Part shown: piece after piece, positions 47,586 to 57,256 of the stretch | Layout of the letters: every line of letters begins with the position of its first letter | Position numbering within the stretch: the first letter of the stretch is position 1 | DNA from: Kiritimatiellia bacterium | GTDB lineage: Bacteria; Verrucomicrobiota; Kiritimatiellia; RFP12; UBA1067 | NCBI GenBank assembly: GCA_017447805.1 | Contig: JAFSMR010000032.1 | Location: 84,803-148,802 of the forward strand | DNA: 64,000 nt | Reading direction: 5' to 3' | Translations under genes and position numbers: made by a program | The notes under the pieces: model-generated | Seen by the model: the letters and a program-made list of their open reading frames with translations, nothing else | Database searches by the model: none | What the model was told of the DNA's origin: nothing

Positions 47586-49162
47586 ACTTGTTCGGTTGGT
47601 TAAAACGCGCAAGATTAAAGCGCGAAATAATAGTGAACGTCGAAACGCTCGAAACGAGAGTCGCCGTCCTCGAGGATGGGAAACTTGAAGAATTCATGGT
47701 CGAACATTCCGAGGATGAGCGTCTGGTCGGCAGCATCTTCAAAGGCAGAGTGCAGAATCTAGAAAACGATCTGCAAGCCGCGTTCGTGGATATAGGACTA
47801 AAGAAAAACGCCTTCCTTCATTATTGGGATATGACGCCCGACGCCGATTCGCTAATGCTGGAAGAAGATGAAGATTCCAGCACACGAAAAGGACGCAAGG
47901 CGAATCGTCTATCCGATGCGGAAATCGCCGCGCGCTTTCCGCCGGGCTCGGAAATTATCGTTCAAGTAACAAAGGGGCCGATATCGACCAAGGGGCCGCG
48001 CGTTACTGCGAACCTCTCGATTCCCGGGCGATATCTCGTCATGATGCCGGGGACCCGCGTGCGCGGAGTATCCAAAAAAATCAGCGATATGAAAGAGCGT
48101 CTGAGGCTAAAGAAAATTCTCGATAAACTGCCTCTGCCGGATAATGTCGGCCTCGTTGTAAGGACGGTCGCCGCTGGCGCAAGCGCACGCGCTTTCGCTC
48201 GCGACTTGAGAAACCTCATCTCCATTTGGAACGAGATGCAGTCGAACATAAAAGCCCACCGCACCCCGTGCTGCATTTTCCAAGAGCCTGATTTGTGCGA
48301 GAGAGTCGTAAGAGATTGGCTTACCGAAGAAGTCGATTCAATCGTAATCGATGACGAAAAATCCTACAACCGGATGAGGGAGATAACCGGCTTTATTTCC
48401 GGGCGTTCACGTTCGCGCATCCGCAGATACGATGGAGATATTTGCATTTTCGAACATTACGGAATCGAGCGCATGCTTTCCGAAGCTTTCGCGCGGCAAG
48501 TCGCGCTGAAATCCGGCGGCTATCTCGTAATCGACGAGACAGAAGCTCTTATCGCAGTAGACGTAAATACAGGCCACTACAAGGGCACGGGGTCGCAAGA
48601 AGATGCGATTCTCGAAGTCAACCTCGAAGCGGTCGATGAAGTTGCGCGGCAATTGCGTCTAAGGAACATCGGCGGCCTCGTAATTCTCGACCTCATCGAC
48701 ATGAAGAGCCGCAAGCACCAGAACCAAGTCTACAAAGCGCTGAAAACCGCGCTAAAGCGCGATAGGGCGCGCACGAATGTTTTGCCGATTTCAGAGCTCG
48801 GACTTCTTGAGATGAGCAGGCAGCGCCAAGATCGCTCGCTTTTGTCGATGTTGACTTCGCGTTGCCCGTATTGTCACGGCCACGGAGTGGTGAAAAGCCC
48901 GCTCGCGATTTCCATCGAACTTCAGCGCAAACTCGTAAGTATTCTCAAAAAAGCCCAGCTGGAAGGCAAAAAACTCACGCCGAAGATCGTAATCGCGCCG
49001 CAGGTTATGCAGCGCCTAAGAACGGAAGACTCTGAAATACTCGTGAAAATCCAGAAGGATTTCTCAACCCGCCTTACTTTCGTTTCTGAGCTTCATCGTC
49101 ACCCAGAAGCGTTTTCCATACTTGACGCGGCAACCTCTCAAATGTTATACTCTCAACTATGA
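47582..49162 (+). CDS. rng: ribonuclease G/E family endoribonuclease
   Basis: S1 domain GSIFKGRVQNLENDLQAAFVDIG, IDETEALIAVDVNTG, and a Zn-link CPYCHGHG. Confidence 0.85.
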   Translation: MNLFGWLKRARLKREIIVNVETLETRVAVLEDGKLEEFMVEHSEDERLVGSIFKGRVQNLENDLQAAFVDIGLKKNAFLHYWDMTPDADSLMLEEDEDSSTRKGRKANRLSDAEIAARFPPGSEIIVQVTKGPISTKGPRVTANLSIPGRYLVMMPGTRVRGVSKKISDMKERLRLKKILDKLPLPDNVGLVVRTVAAGASARAFARDLRNLISIWNEMQSNIKAHRTPCCIFQEPDLCERVVRDWLTEEVDSIVIDDEKSYNRMREITGFISGRSRSRIRRYDGDICIFEHYGIERMLSEAFARQVALKSGGYLVIDETEALIAVDVNTGHYKGTGSQEDAILEVNLEAVDEVARQLRLRNIGGLVILDLIDMKSRKHQNQVYKALKTALKRDRARTNVLPISELGLLEMSRQRQDRSLLSMLTSRCPYCHGHGVVKSPLAISIELQRKLVSILKKAQLEGKKLTPKIVIAPQVMQRLRTEDSEILVKIQKDFSTRLTFVSELHRHPEAFSILDAATSQMLYSQL

Positions 49163-51372
49163 AAACTCCCGCTCTCGCGCTATTAGCCGCCACGACCCTC
49201 GTTTTCGCCGCTTTTGCGAAGAACGATAAGCCCTTTTCTAGCGGCCTTCGCATCAAGGCCGATAGAATGGCTGCAGATAATATCACCGGCACCGTTGTCG
49301 CTAGCGGCAATGTTTCGGCCGTCTCGCATCCTGTATGCCTGATGTCGGATCTTGTCTCGAAAAAGGATGATGTCTACACGTTCGCCGATCCGACTTCGCT
49401 TACGACCTGCACCAACAGCGCCGATTCGTTGCACTGGTGCGTATCGGGTGGCCTGGAATATAAAGACGGCCGGTATGTCGAGATGAACAATATCGTTCTT
49501 AAGGCGTTTGGCATACCGGTAATGTGGCTACCATATTGGTATTATCCTCTCAACACCGATTACGGTTGGCGGGTAACGCCCGGCTATTCCGGCAGATGGG
49601 GCGGCTACTTGCTTACAAAATACGTATATGGGCTTGCCGGCAGTTTCGATGAAGGCGAATTTGGGCTTGCGGGGTCTACCAGGCTCGACTTGAGAACAAA
49701 GAATGGCGTAGCGGCAGGCCAAGGCTTAAAATGGCAACTCGGCGATTTTGGACGCGGCAAATTCAAAGTGTATTATGCTTGGGATCAAGACGCAGACAAA
49801 TACGACCACAATTGGAATAAGCCAGATAAATATCACAATGAAAACTGGGGCAGTAAAGTTGAGGACGAGCGCTACGCGCTTATGCTTGAACATCTATGGG
49901 AAGCAAGCGAGCGAGATATTGTAAGGCTGCGAGGCGCCTACTATTCGGATTCCCATTTCACCAGCGACTTCCTGCGCGATGCGATGTTTGGCTCGAAAAA
50001 CCGCTATGTCGGCCACACCGCAAATGAAGCAGCGTGGGAACACAATGAAAATCCTTTTGCGTTCGGTGTTTCGGTATCGGGCCCCTTAAATGATTTCTAC
50101 ACGGGTGTTGCGCGGCTGCCGGAAGTATATTTCGATTGGCAACCAGCCCCGGTTTTCTCGCTTCCCGTTACATACGAATCGCAGACCAGATTCGGTTTCT
50201 TGAACAGAAACTACGCAAAGCACGGCGATCGCTACACGGGCTACCCCTTCCGGTATGCTCCCGGCGAATGGGCCGATTACCAGACTTTCCGCGCAGATAC
50301 TTACCATCGCCTAGCGTTGCCGTTCAAGATCGCCGATGTTTTAAGCGTTGTACCGCGCGCCGGATTTAGAGCGACCTATTGGAATGATACAGGCAGAGAA
50401 AACCTGACTGGCGTCGGCAGAGCCGGGTCGATGAATAGCGATACCGTTCGAACAATCGTAGAAGGCGGCGTAACATTCTCCGCCCGTGCAACTGGCGATA
50501 TCTCGGAAGATTGGCAGCACATGTTCGAACCTTACTTCGATATTCTGGCGCAAGAAGCCAAGTATCACGGGCTGAAGAATGGCGCGCGGCCTTTCGTCTT
50601 CGATTCTGTCGATGCTTCGCGCGATTGGCTCGACCAATTCGCCGGCCGCAGCCGAAACTTGCCGTATTCGTGGTACGGCGTAACGCCAGGTATTCGCAAC
50701 GCTTTCAAAGCGCTCGATGAAAATGGCAGAGCGCGCACGGTATTCGATGTCGATTTCTACTCCGCTATCCAGTTCAACGATACAAGCTGGACAGAGGGCA
50801 ATCGTTATCACAAACTCGCCAAAAACCCATCCAAACCAAATTACGGCAAACATGCAGGAACCTATATTCCCGGCATGCGCCTAAGATGGTTCCCGGATGA
50901 AGATTGCGCACTCAAATCGAGAATCGAATACGATAGCGAGAACGAAACTATCGCCTATGCGGATATCGCATGGCGCCAAAAACTTTCTTCTCATCTCAAT
51001 TGGGAACTTTCTTTCAACAGCCGCGATCACCGTTGGTGGGATTATTCATCTTCCCCATACGACCCGGCTCTCCTGAAGAACGAAGATTTCAATATGTCGA
51101 AATTCTCCCTCGCCGGAATCGAATTCGAACATGAAATTTGCGATGCTTTCGCTTGGGGTCCTTTCATCCGTTGGGATTGCAGAGAATCGGAGCTCGACGA
51201 AATAGGCTCCTGGTTCGACTACAGAACCGATTGCCTCGGTTTCAGATTTTCCGTCAGCTACGAAAACGACTACCGCAGGGTAGACTGGTCGAAGTCGGAT
51301 GACGATTGGAGATTCGGTTTCTTCATTTATCTTCGCGCGCTCGGCCCCGATTCAGGTTCGATGTTCAGATGA
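49159..51372 (+). CDS. lptD: LPS-assembly outer-membrane protein LptD-like
   Basis: Signal peptide, an OstA-like N-terminus (IKADRMAADNITGTVVASGNVSA), and a long aromatic-rich beta-barrel-like region ending ...GSMFR. It sits next to lpxK. Confidence 0.6.
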   Translation: MKTPALALLAATTLVFAAFAKNDKPFSSGLRIKADRMAADNITGTVVASGNVSAVSHPVCLMSDLVSKKDDVYTFADPTSLTTCTNSADSLHWCVSGGLEYKDGRYVEMNNIVLKAFGIPVMWLPYWYYPLNTDYGWRVTPGYSGRWGGYLLTKYVYGLAGSFDEGEFGLAGSTRLDLRTKNGVAAGQGLKWQLGDFGRGKFKVYYAWDQDADKYDHNWNKPDKYHNENWGSKVEDERYALMLEHLWEASERDIVRLRGAYYSDSHFTSDFLRDAMFGSKNRYVGHTANEAAWEHNENPFAFGVSVSGPLNDFYTGVARLPEVYFDWQPAPVFSLPVTYESQTRFGFLNRNYAKHGDRYTGYPFRYAPGEWADYQTFRADTYHRLALPFKIADVLSVVPRAGFRATYWNDTGRENLTGVGRAGSMNSDTVRTIVEGGVTFSARATGDISEDWQHMFEPYFDILAQEAKYHGLKNGARPFVFDSVDASRDWLDQFAGRSRNLPYSWYGVTPGIRNAFKALDENGRARTVFDVDFYSAIQFNDTSWTEGNRYHKLAKNPSKPNYGKHAGTYIPGMRLRWFPDEDCALKSRIEYDSENETIAYADIAWRQKLSSHLNWELSFNSRDHRWWDYSSSPYDPALLKNEDFNMSKFSLAGIEFEHEICDAFAWGPFIRWDCRESELDEIGSWFDYRTDCLGFRFSVSYENDYRRVDWSKSDDDWRFGFFIYLRALGPDSGSMFR

Positions 51373-52559
51373 GAAGAAAATCCCGAGAGAGCAGATTCGA
51401 GCGAATCGAGAATTATCTCGTGAAGCTCATTCAAGAAAAAGGCGCCGACCAGAATCAGCCCTTCTCGATAAGGTTGCTGTTGAATCTTCTCAAAGTGTTC
51501 TCCTTCATTTTCGCATCGATCGTATCGATAAGATATTTTCTATATCGAACGAGTATCCTAAAGCGTTTTCCTCTTGGAATTCAAGTTATTTCAATCGGCA
51601 ATGTAACGGCCGGCGGAACAGGCAAAACACCCGTAACGGAAATTTTTGCCCGAACCCTTGCGGCAAACGGACGCAAGGTCGCAATTCTTTCGCGCGGCTA
51701 CAGGCGAAAGGAAACCCCCTTCTGGCGCCGCGTCTTTACACAGGTGATTGAGCAACCCCTTGTCGTTTCCGATGGCAAGCATATTCTGCTTGATGCGGCG
51801 ACTGGCGGCGATGAACCCTACATGCTCGCTTCAAATCTTCCGGGCGTTGCAGTAGTCGTCGACCGCAATAGGGTCAAGGCAGGAAGATACGCGATAAAGC
51901 GGCTAGGGTGCGATACGCTGATTCTCGACGATGGTTTTCAGTATCAAAAACTCAAACATTCCGTTGAGGTCGTCCTTGTGGATTCCACCAACCCATTCGG
52001 CAATGGTTATATGTTGCCGCGCGGAATCTTGCGCGAACCTGCGCGCCACATCAAAAGAGCGGATATCATCTTCCTCACAAAATGCCGCGGCGATGTTTCG
52101 GCCATAGTCGATGAAATTCGCCGCCACAACAAAACTGCGGAAATCGTGGAATGCAATCATTCGCCAAAAACTCTCAAGGATGTCTGGAGCAGAGAGGAAT
52201 TCCCGCTCGATTGGCTGCAAGGCAAAACTTGCTGCACCCTTTCTGGTATCGCTTCGCCGAAAGGCTTCGAAAACTCTCTTCGCCGCCTCGGCTCGAAAGT
52301 AATTTGGTGCGAACGCTATGCAGACCACCATCGCTATGAACCTGGCGAAATCCTCTACGCGCTGAACAGGACTGCCGATATGGGCGCAGATGCCCTTATT
52401 ACAACAGAAAAGGACGCAGTGCGCTTCCCGCGATTCGAAACTTCGCCCGTCAAATGTCTATACCTCAGAATTTCCATCGAAATTCTCAAAGGCAGCGAAA
52501 ACTTCTCCGATATCATCAACCGCATTTGTTTCAACCGCAACACTCAAGTAAAAATTTGA
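51369..52559 (+). CDS. lpxK: tetraacyldisaccharide 4'-kinase
   Basis: [17 protein letters not shown]-loop and a ILDDGFQ motif. The start at MRRKSRES forms an ATGA overlap with lptD. Confidence 0.85.
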   Translation: MRRKSRESRFERIENYLVKLIQEKGADQNQPFSIRLLLNLLKVFSFIFASIVSIRYFLYRTSILKRFPLGIQVISIGNVTAGGTGKTPVTEIFARTLAANGRKVAILSRGYRRKETPFWRRVFTQVIEQPLVVSDGKHILLDAATGGDEPYMLASNLPGVAVVVDRNRVKAGRYAIKRLGCDTLILDDGFQYQKLKHSVEVVLVDSTNPFGNGYMLPRGILREPARHIKRADIIFLTKCRGDVSAIVDEIRRHNKTAEIVECNHSPKTLKDVWSREEFPLDWLQGKTCCTLSGIASPKGFENSLRRLGSKVIWCERYADHHRYEPGEILYALNRTADMGADALITTEKDAVRFPRFETSPVKCLYLRISIEILKGSENFSDIINRICFNRNTQVKI

Positions 52560-52675
52560 ACGGCGGCGAGCCGAACAATCTCTGCGCGAGATAATAATCC
52601 AAACAACAAATTCCGCAAGCTATGCCACACACAATTGCCTTAATGCAAGTAGCTTCCGCGCGTCTAGCTCTCATC
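52544..52675 (-). CDS. possible small Cys-rich hydrophobic peptide (43 aa)
   Basis: My translation is [43 protein letters not shown], preceded by AGGAGG and a 6-nt spacer. It overlaps the lpxK 3' end by 16 nt. There is no family support. Confidence 0.25.
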
Positions 52676-52842
52676 TTGCTCCTCCTCTTTGCTTGCCTTC
52701 GTTCCATCCGTATTATGGCATATTTTTGATTGCCCCTGCAAGGGTTTATAGAAAGTTTTTTTGCATATCTCTAACATTATTAACAGGCTTTACACATGAA
52801 CTTTCTGAAATTTCGCCGCCACTTGCTCGGGTGCGCGAAATA

Positions 52843-52851
52843 TGATATAAT
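52843..52851 (+). promoter_or_regulatory. extended -10 element (TGATATAAT)
   Basis: GCGAAATATGATATAAT lies 26 nt upstream of the ATG at 52878. Confidence 0.35.
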
Positions 52852-52877
52852 ACGGATCAGAATTATGGAATAGTCCT

Positions 52878-53759
52878 ATGAAAGGTATTACAGAGAGCAC
52901 CGAAGAAGGCAATCAGATTGTAGTCTACCAGCCTGACGATACGGTCAGCCTTGATGTTCGTCTCGAAAACGATACGGTCTGGCTCACACAAGCACAGATG
53001 ACGGTGTTGTTTCAGCGCGATAGAACTGTTGTTACTCGGCACATAAACAATGTATTTGCAGAGGGCGAACTAGACGAGAAAAGCAATGTGCATTTTTTGC
53101 ACATTGCTTTGTCTGACAAGCCCGTCAAACTATATAGCTTGAATGTTGTAATTTCTGTTGGTTACAGGGTGAAATCGTTTCGCGGCACGCAGTTTCGCAT
53201 ATGGGCGACAAATATCCTCAGAGAATATCTTCTTCATGGTTACGCATTCAATCATCGTCTAAACGCGCTGGAGGACAAGGTCGATAGACGAATGGCCAAG
53301 ACAGAGCAGGATGTCGTAGAATTGAAGGAGAAAGTCGATTTCTTCGTACAGACTTCTCTGCCACCGTTACGCGGAGTATTCTACAACGGAGAAGTCTTCG
53401 ACGCGCATGTGTTTGCCGCGAAGCTCATCCTTTCGGCGAAGAAGTCGATTCTGCTTATCGACAGCTGGGTGGATGTTGTTACGCTTGAACTGCTTGCCAA
53501 GAAATCGAACGGCGTGACGGTCGAAGTAGTCACATCTAAACGCGGCAATAAGATTTCGGCAAGTGATGCGGCAAAGTTCAACTCGCAGCATGGCGGGCTG
53601 ACACTAACAATCAGCAAGAACTTTCACGACCGGTTCATTGCCATAGACGGCAAGAAGCTCTACTTGATAGGAGCATCGCTCAAAGACCTCGAATCGAAGT
53701 GCTTCGCGTTCACTGAGCTGGATGCCGGCGAAATTCCAAACCTCATTGCGCGAATATGA
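52878..53759 (+). CDS. RhuM-N-terminal-domain protein with a C-terminal HDRF...GASLKDL domain
   Basis: The N-terminal half, LDVRLENDTVWLTQAQMTVLFQRDRTVVTRHINNVFAEGEL...ISVGYRVKSFRGTQFRIWAT, matches the RhuM N-domain and parallels 57617-58627. The C-terminal ILLIDSWVD...FHDRFIAIDGKKLYLIGASLKDLESKCFAFTEL resembles the tail of Bacteroides ORF6N-type proteins (recall). Confidence 0.7.
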   Translation: MKGITESTEEGNQIVVYQPDDTVSLDVRLENDTVWLTQAQMTVLFQRDRTVVTRHINNVFAEGELDEKSNVHFLHIALSDKPVKLYSLNVVISVGYRVKSFRGTQFRIWATNILREYLLHGYAFNHRLNALEDKVDRRMAKTEQDVVELKEKVDFFVQTSLPPLRGVFYNGEVFDAHVFAAKLILSAKKSILLIDSWVDVVTLELLAKKSNGVTVEVVTSKRGNKISASDAAKFNSQHGGLTLTISKNFHDRFIAIDGKKLYLIGASLKDLESKCFAFTELDAGEIPNLIARI

Positions 53760-53848
53760 AAGAGAACGAAAGCTAGGATCGACAACACCATCAACTGCAA
53801 CATCGGGACACTAGCGACTCCGGCGCGGTTGCAAAACCCGGGAAAATA

Positions 53849-53857
53849 TGCTATAAT
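53849..53857 (+). promoter_or_regulatory. extended -10 element (TGCTATAAT)
   Basis: GGAAAATATGCTATAAT, with a GAGGAG SD before the ATG at 53888. Confidence 0.4.
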
Positions 53858-53887
53858 TTAGGACGAAAATTTGAGGAGTAGATTGAA

Positions 53888-56800
53888 ATGAGATATAGCG
53901 TTATTGCATCGGCTGTTATTATCGCGGGGTTTGCGTGTTTCGCCGGCCCAAGCCTCGAAAGCGAAGCGGTGCGTGCTTCGAAAGGCGCGCTTTTGCTGCA
54001 AGTAGGTAGCGACTGGTGCGTCAGCGGCGAGGAGGTCCGATCAGTCTTCGAATCTCCCGAGTTCAAGCGCTTTTCGGGTGGACAATTCGTGCTCGGAATT
54101 TTCGATGATGCCGATTCTCCTACGCCCGCAATAAACTCAAAGAATGATGCTGCGAGATCTTTGTTGATAAGGACCAAGCGTTTTCCGGCGATAACCTGCT
54201 ATACTCCCGGACCCGAAATGAAGGTATATGCGCAAATCGAGAACGTGCCTCAGAATGTAGACCCGAAAAAGCTTTGGGGCGCGATTCAAAAAGTCACGGC
54301 GAAGCGGAAAAAAGCAGAGGAACTTTTCAAGAAAGCCGCGAGCTCGAAGAATCCGGAAGAAGCCGCCGATTTGTATGGGCAGGGTTTTGATTTGCTCGCC
54401 TCGATGATGGGACCCTTCCATTTCAAGGAACTAACCGAAGGCGCGCATGGTTGGCGAAAAGAATGGGATGAGCTCGTGAAGCTGGATGCCGGCGATAAAT
54501 ACGGGTGGCTGGCACATTTCAGGATGGATGAATACGAGACGGTCGCGCTTGTAGAAAAAGTAACCAACCTCAAGACCGATGGCGCAAGAAGTCAAGCGGA
54601 TTCTCTAGTCAGCAAAACGAAAGCAATACCGCAAAAACATTTTACCGCGAACCAAAAGCAGTGCGTAAAAATCATGGAATACGCGCTTAATTCCGATGGG
54701 TCCGGAGGAAGTCTTTCATCTGCGAACAAAGCGCTGCTGAAAGAAGCTTTCGCGCTAGGTAGAGATACTCTATGGGGACAGTTTGCGATGGGCAGGCTGA
54801 AAATGGATGGCGAAAACATAGAATCGAAAGGCTTGTACCACGCAAAGGTATTGCCGCGCCCTGCGCCAGGCAAAGGCGGGGTACCGCCTACATTCGCGCT
54901 CGACCAGGCGAAGAATGCCATCAAGAACATCAAACCTGGCGCCGCGCTCAACGACCAGCAAAAACTCGCCATTGCGCGTTATGCCTGTTTGAGGCTAATC
55001 GGCTTTCAGGGATGGCAAAAACTAGCCGCTCGCCCGGGTGCCGTGCAATTCATGAAGGCGTTTTTGAACGACCGCGAATGGATGGAAGATTTCGCGTGGA
55101 GCGGCACATTCCCTGTCTCTAGCGAAGACGGCTATTCCGATAGCGTAGACCCCGGCGCAGGCGCCGGCGCGATCCTCGCGCTAGAATCGCTAATCTATCA
55201 AGATAAAGGCAGGTGGGTTGGCTATTCTAACGGAAAATACGAAGATAATGAAGGGCGGCGTTTCATGACCGCGCTTGCGATAAACTATCCGAACAAAGAT
55301 GAGGAGTGGCTTGCTGACGTGCTTGACGCATACCGCAATACCGCGCTTTCCGGCAGACTTCACAAATCCGCATACTCCCAGCCTGTATGGCTTTGGCGCT
55401 TTGCGCTTCACCAAGGCCACAGGACAGCCGGTTGCGATAATATGGCCGCGCAACAGAGGCATCTCGATAAATTCATCAATATCCCCCAGCGCGAACTTGG
55501 CGGCACACCGTGGATGATTGTCTATAGATTGAAAAATTGCTTCGGCGATTCGGTGCATGGTCCTCTTTATTACAAAGCATGGGAAACCGCCGGCGAATGG
55601 CCTAAGCGAAAATATTCGCAGATGGTCGGCGGCGTCTGCGGCGAGCTATCGAAATTCGGAAGCGCGATCTGCAACAGCAAGGGGCTACCCTCCTCGACCG
55701 TCGGCCAGCCAGGTCACTGCGCGTATTCCCGCCGCAGATCTACCGATGGTTATTGGGAAATCGACTATAACGTAACCGGCCACTCGCAAATGCATCTCAC
55801 ATTCTGGAATCATCATGAATGGCAATATGTTGCTGCAATCGAAACAACCTTCTCCGCCGATAGGGAAACGCGCCTGGCCGCAGATAGAATCCTTACGCTC
55901 GCTACTCTCGCAGAGGACGAAAAGAGCGACGCCAAAAAAATCGAAAGCTTCCATCAGCACGCGTGCGCCGCGCATCCAGGGCACTACGGCGCCTGGAAGG
56001 AATATGGCGATTGGCTAATGAGGGCGAATCTGCCGCTCGATAAAATCCGCATCTGGGTTAGAGGTTGCGCGCGCGGTCTTAAAGCCGGCCGCCAACCGCT
56101 TTGGAATATTCTTACGCCATACTTCAAACGCGTGGCAATCGATAAAGGCGCCGGCGGCCTTAAGGATGAACTGATCGCATTCGCTCCGCTCTTGAAACAG
56201 GCGCCTTCAAAACTGCAGGAGGAAGCCGACTTCCAGACGAATCTCGTAACTTGGACCGAAGCGCTCGGCAACGATCGCCAGGCGAGATACGACGTGCTGA
56301 AAGCGATGCTCGTCGCACAATATGGAACAAGCGACTATTTCTCGCAGGTAATGGGATGGGGCAGCGAATATTTCACGAAGTCACCAGAGGGGTCTCAGCT
56401 CTTCACAAAATGCATGAATGAAGCGCTAGCAGAAGCGGCAAAAGGCTCTAAAGGCGCCAAAGGCGCCAAGCAGACCGAATCCGGCAAAATCGATTTCGGT
56501 CCGATGATTCTCGCCGCGAGCAGAAATGCGAATATCGAAGCTTTCCGCAATATCGTAAATATGCAAAGAAAAATGGGCACGCCGAAATTCCAAGCTGGCG
56601 CATGGCCCAAGAATGATTTTACAGGCGAGCTTTTGAGCGAGCAGGGTCTGCTTAGAACTTCATCGACTAGCGGTCACGAGCACCCCGAAAACTATGCCTA
56701 CGGTATAGATACATCCGCTTGCACGGAATTTGCGTTCCATACGGATAAAGAAGATGCTCCCTGGGCAATAGTAATGTTGCCGGGCCCGGCAGAAATCAAA

Positions 56801-57052
56801 GGCATAGTAATCGAAAACAATACTTCCGGCTACAATCAGACGCGGCAGATTCCCATGGAAATCGCTATTTCCGACGACGGCAAAACTTGGAACACCGTAA
56901 AGACCGAGCAAGCCGCCCAAAAGACCTATCGTATCGATCTAAGGTCTACTTCGCCTCGCGCACAGTATGTACGCGTCTCGCGCACAAAGGGAGCAAAGAA
57001 CGAATTCTTCCATCTCAACAAGATTCTCGTATACGGAAAGAAATATTGGTAA
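53888..57052 (+). CDS. secreted 1054-aa protein: thioredoxin-like N-domain, transglutaminase-like Cys/His core, C-terminal F5/8 type C (discoidin) domain
   Basis: Signal peptide MRYSVIASAVIIAGFACFAG. QVGSDWCVSG (Trx-like, single Cys). GGVCGELSKFGSAICNSKGLPSSTVGQPGHCAY (transglutaminase-like C...H). C-terminal IKGIVIENNTSGYNQ...AISDDGKTWNTV...YVRVSR. Confidence 0.8.
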   Translation: MRYSVIASAVIIAGFACFAGPSLESEAVRASKGALLLQVGSDWCVSGEEVRSVFESPEFKRFSGGQFVLGIFDDADSPTPAINSKNDAARSLLIRTKRFPAITCYTPGPEMKVYAQIENVPQNVDPKKLWGAIQKVTAKRKKAEELFKKAASSKNPEEAADLYGQGFDLLASMMGPFHFKELTEGAHGWRKEWDELVKLDAGDKYGWLAHFRMDEYETVALVEKVTNLKTDGARSQADSLVSKTKAIPQKHFTANQKQCVKIMEYALNSDGSGGSLSSANKALLKEAFALGRDTLWGQFAMGRLKMDGENIESKGLYHAKVLPRPAPGKGGVPPTFALDQAKNAIKNIKPGAALNDQQKLAIARYACLRLIGFQGWQKLAARPGAVQFMKAFLNDREWMEDFAWSGTFPVSSEDGYSDSVDPGAGAGAILALESLIYQDKGRWVGYSNGKYEDNEGRRFMTALAINYPNKDEEWLADVLDAYRNTALSGRLHKSAYSQPVWLWRFALHQGHRTAGCDNMAAQQRHLDKFINIPQRELGGTPWMIVYRLKNCFGDSVHGPLYYKAWETAGEWPKRKYSQMVGGVCGELSKFGSAICNSKGLPSSTVGQPGHCAYSRRRSTDGYWEIDYNVTGHSQMHLTFWNHHEWQYVAAIETTFSADRETRLAADRILTLATLAEDEKSDAKKIESFHQHACAAHPGHYGAWKEYGDWLMRANLPLDKIRIWVRGCARGLKAGRQPLWNILTPYFKRVAIDKGAGGLKDELIAFAPLLKQAPSKLQEEADFQTNLVTWTEALGNDRQARYDVLKAMLVAQYGTSDYFSQVMGWGSEYFTKSPEGSQLFTKCMNEALAEAAKGSKGAKGAKQTESGKIDFGPMILAASRNANIEAFRNIVNMQRKMGTPKFQAGAWPKNDFTGELLSEQGLLRTSSTSGHEHPENYAYGIDTSACTEFAFHTDKEDAPWAIVMLPGPAEIKGIVIENNTSGYNQTRQIPMEIAISDDGKTWNTVKTEQAAQKTYRIDLRSTSPRAQYVRVSRTKGAKNEFFHLNKILVYGKKYW

Positions 57053-57256
57053 AGGCATCATCCTTTATGCCTTCAAGCGCGCGATATCTTCTAGACAAGA
57101 TCTTCGCGCGCCTTCTGGTAGATTATCCGAGGTAAAACCATAGCCTGAATATTCTCTACCCATCTGATTGATAGCGTCCATGTGAGCATTGCCGCGCTAC
57201 ACCTTCTCCAGTAATTTCGTCAGCTCTGTGCCGTGTTCCCTGTCCAGTGGCTTGTG

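Noticed and set aside
52716-52735. sigma-54 promoter candidate TGGCATATTTTTGATTGC
   Set aside because: The GG and GC elements are not at the required spacing (off by one or more), and the -12 TTGC is not in register.
57053-57256. Short minus-strand reading frames ending ...LDREHGTELTKLLEKV and ...VENIQAMVLPRIIYQKAREDLV (possible gene remnants)
   Set aside because: They are too short, lack starts or an SD, and give me no family recognition. They could be relics but cannot be supported from sequence alone.
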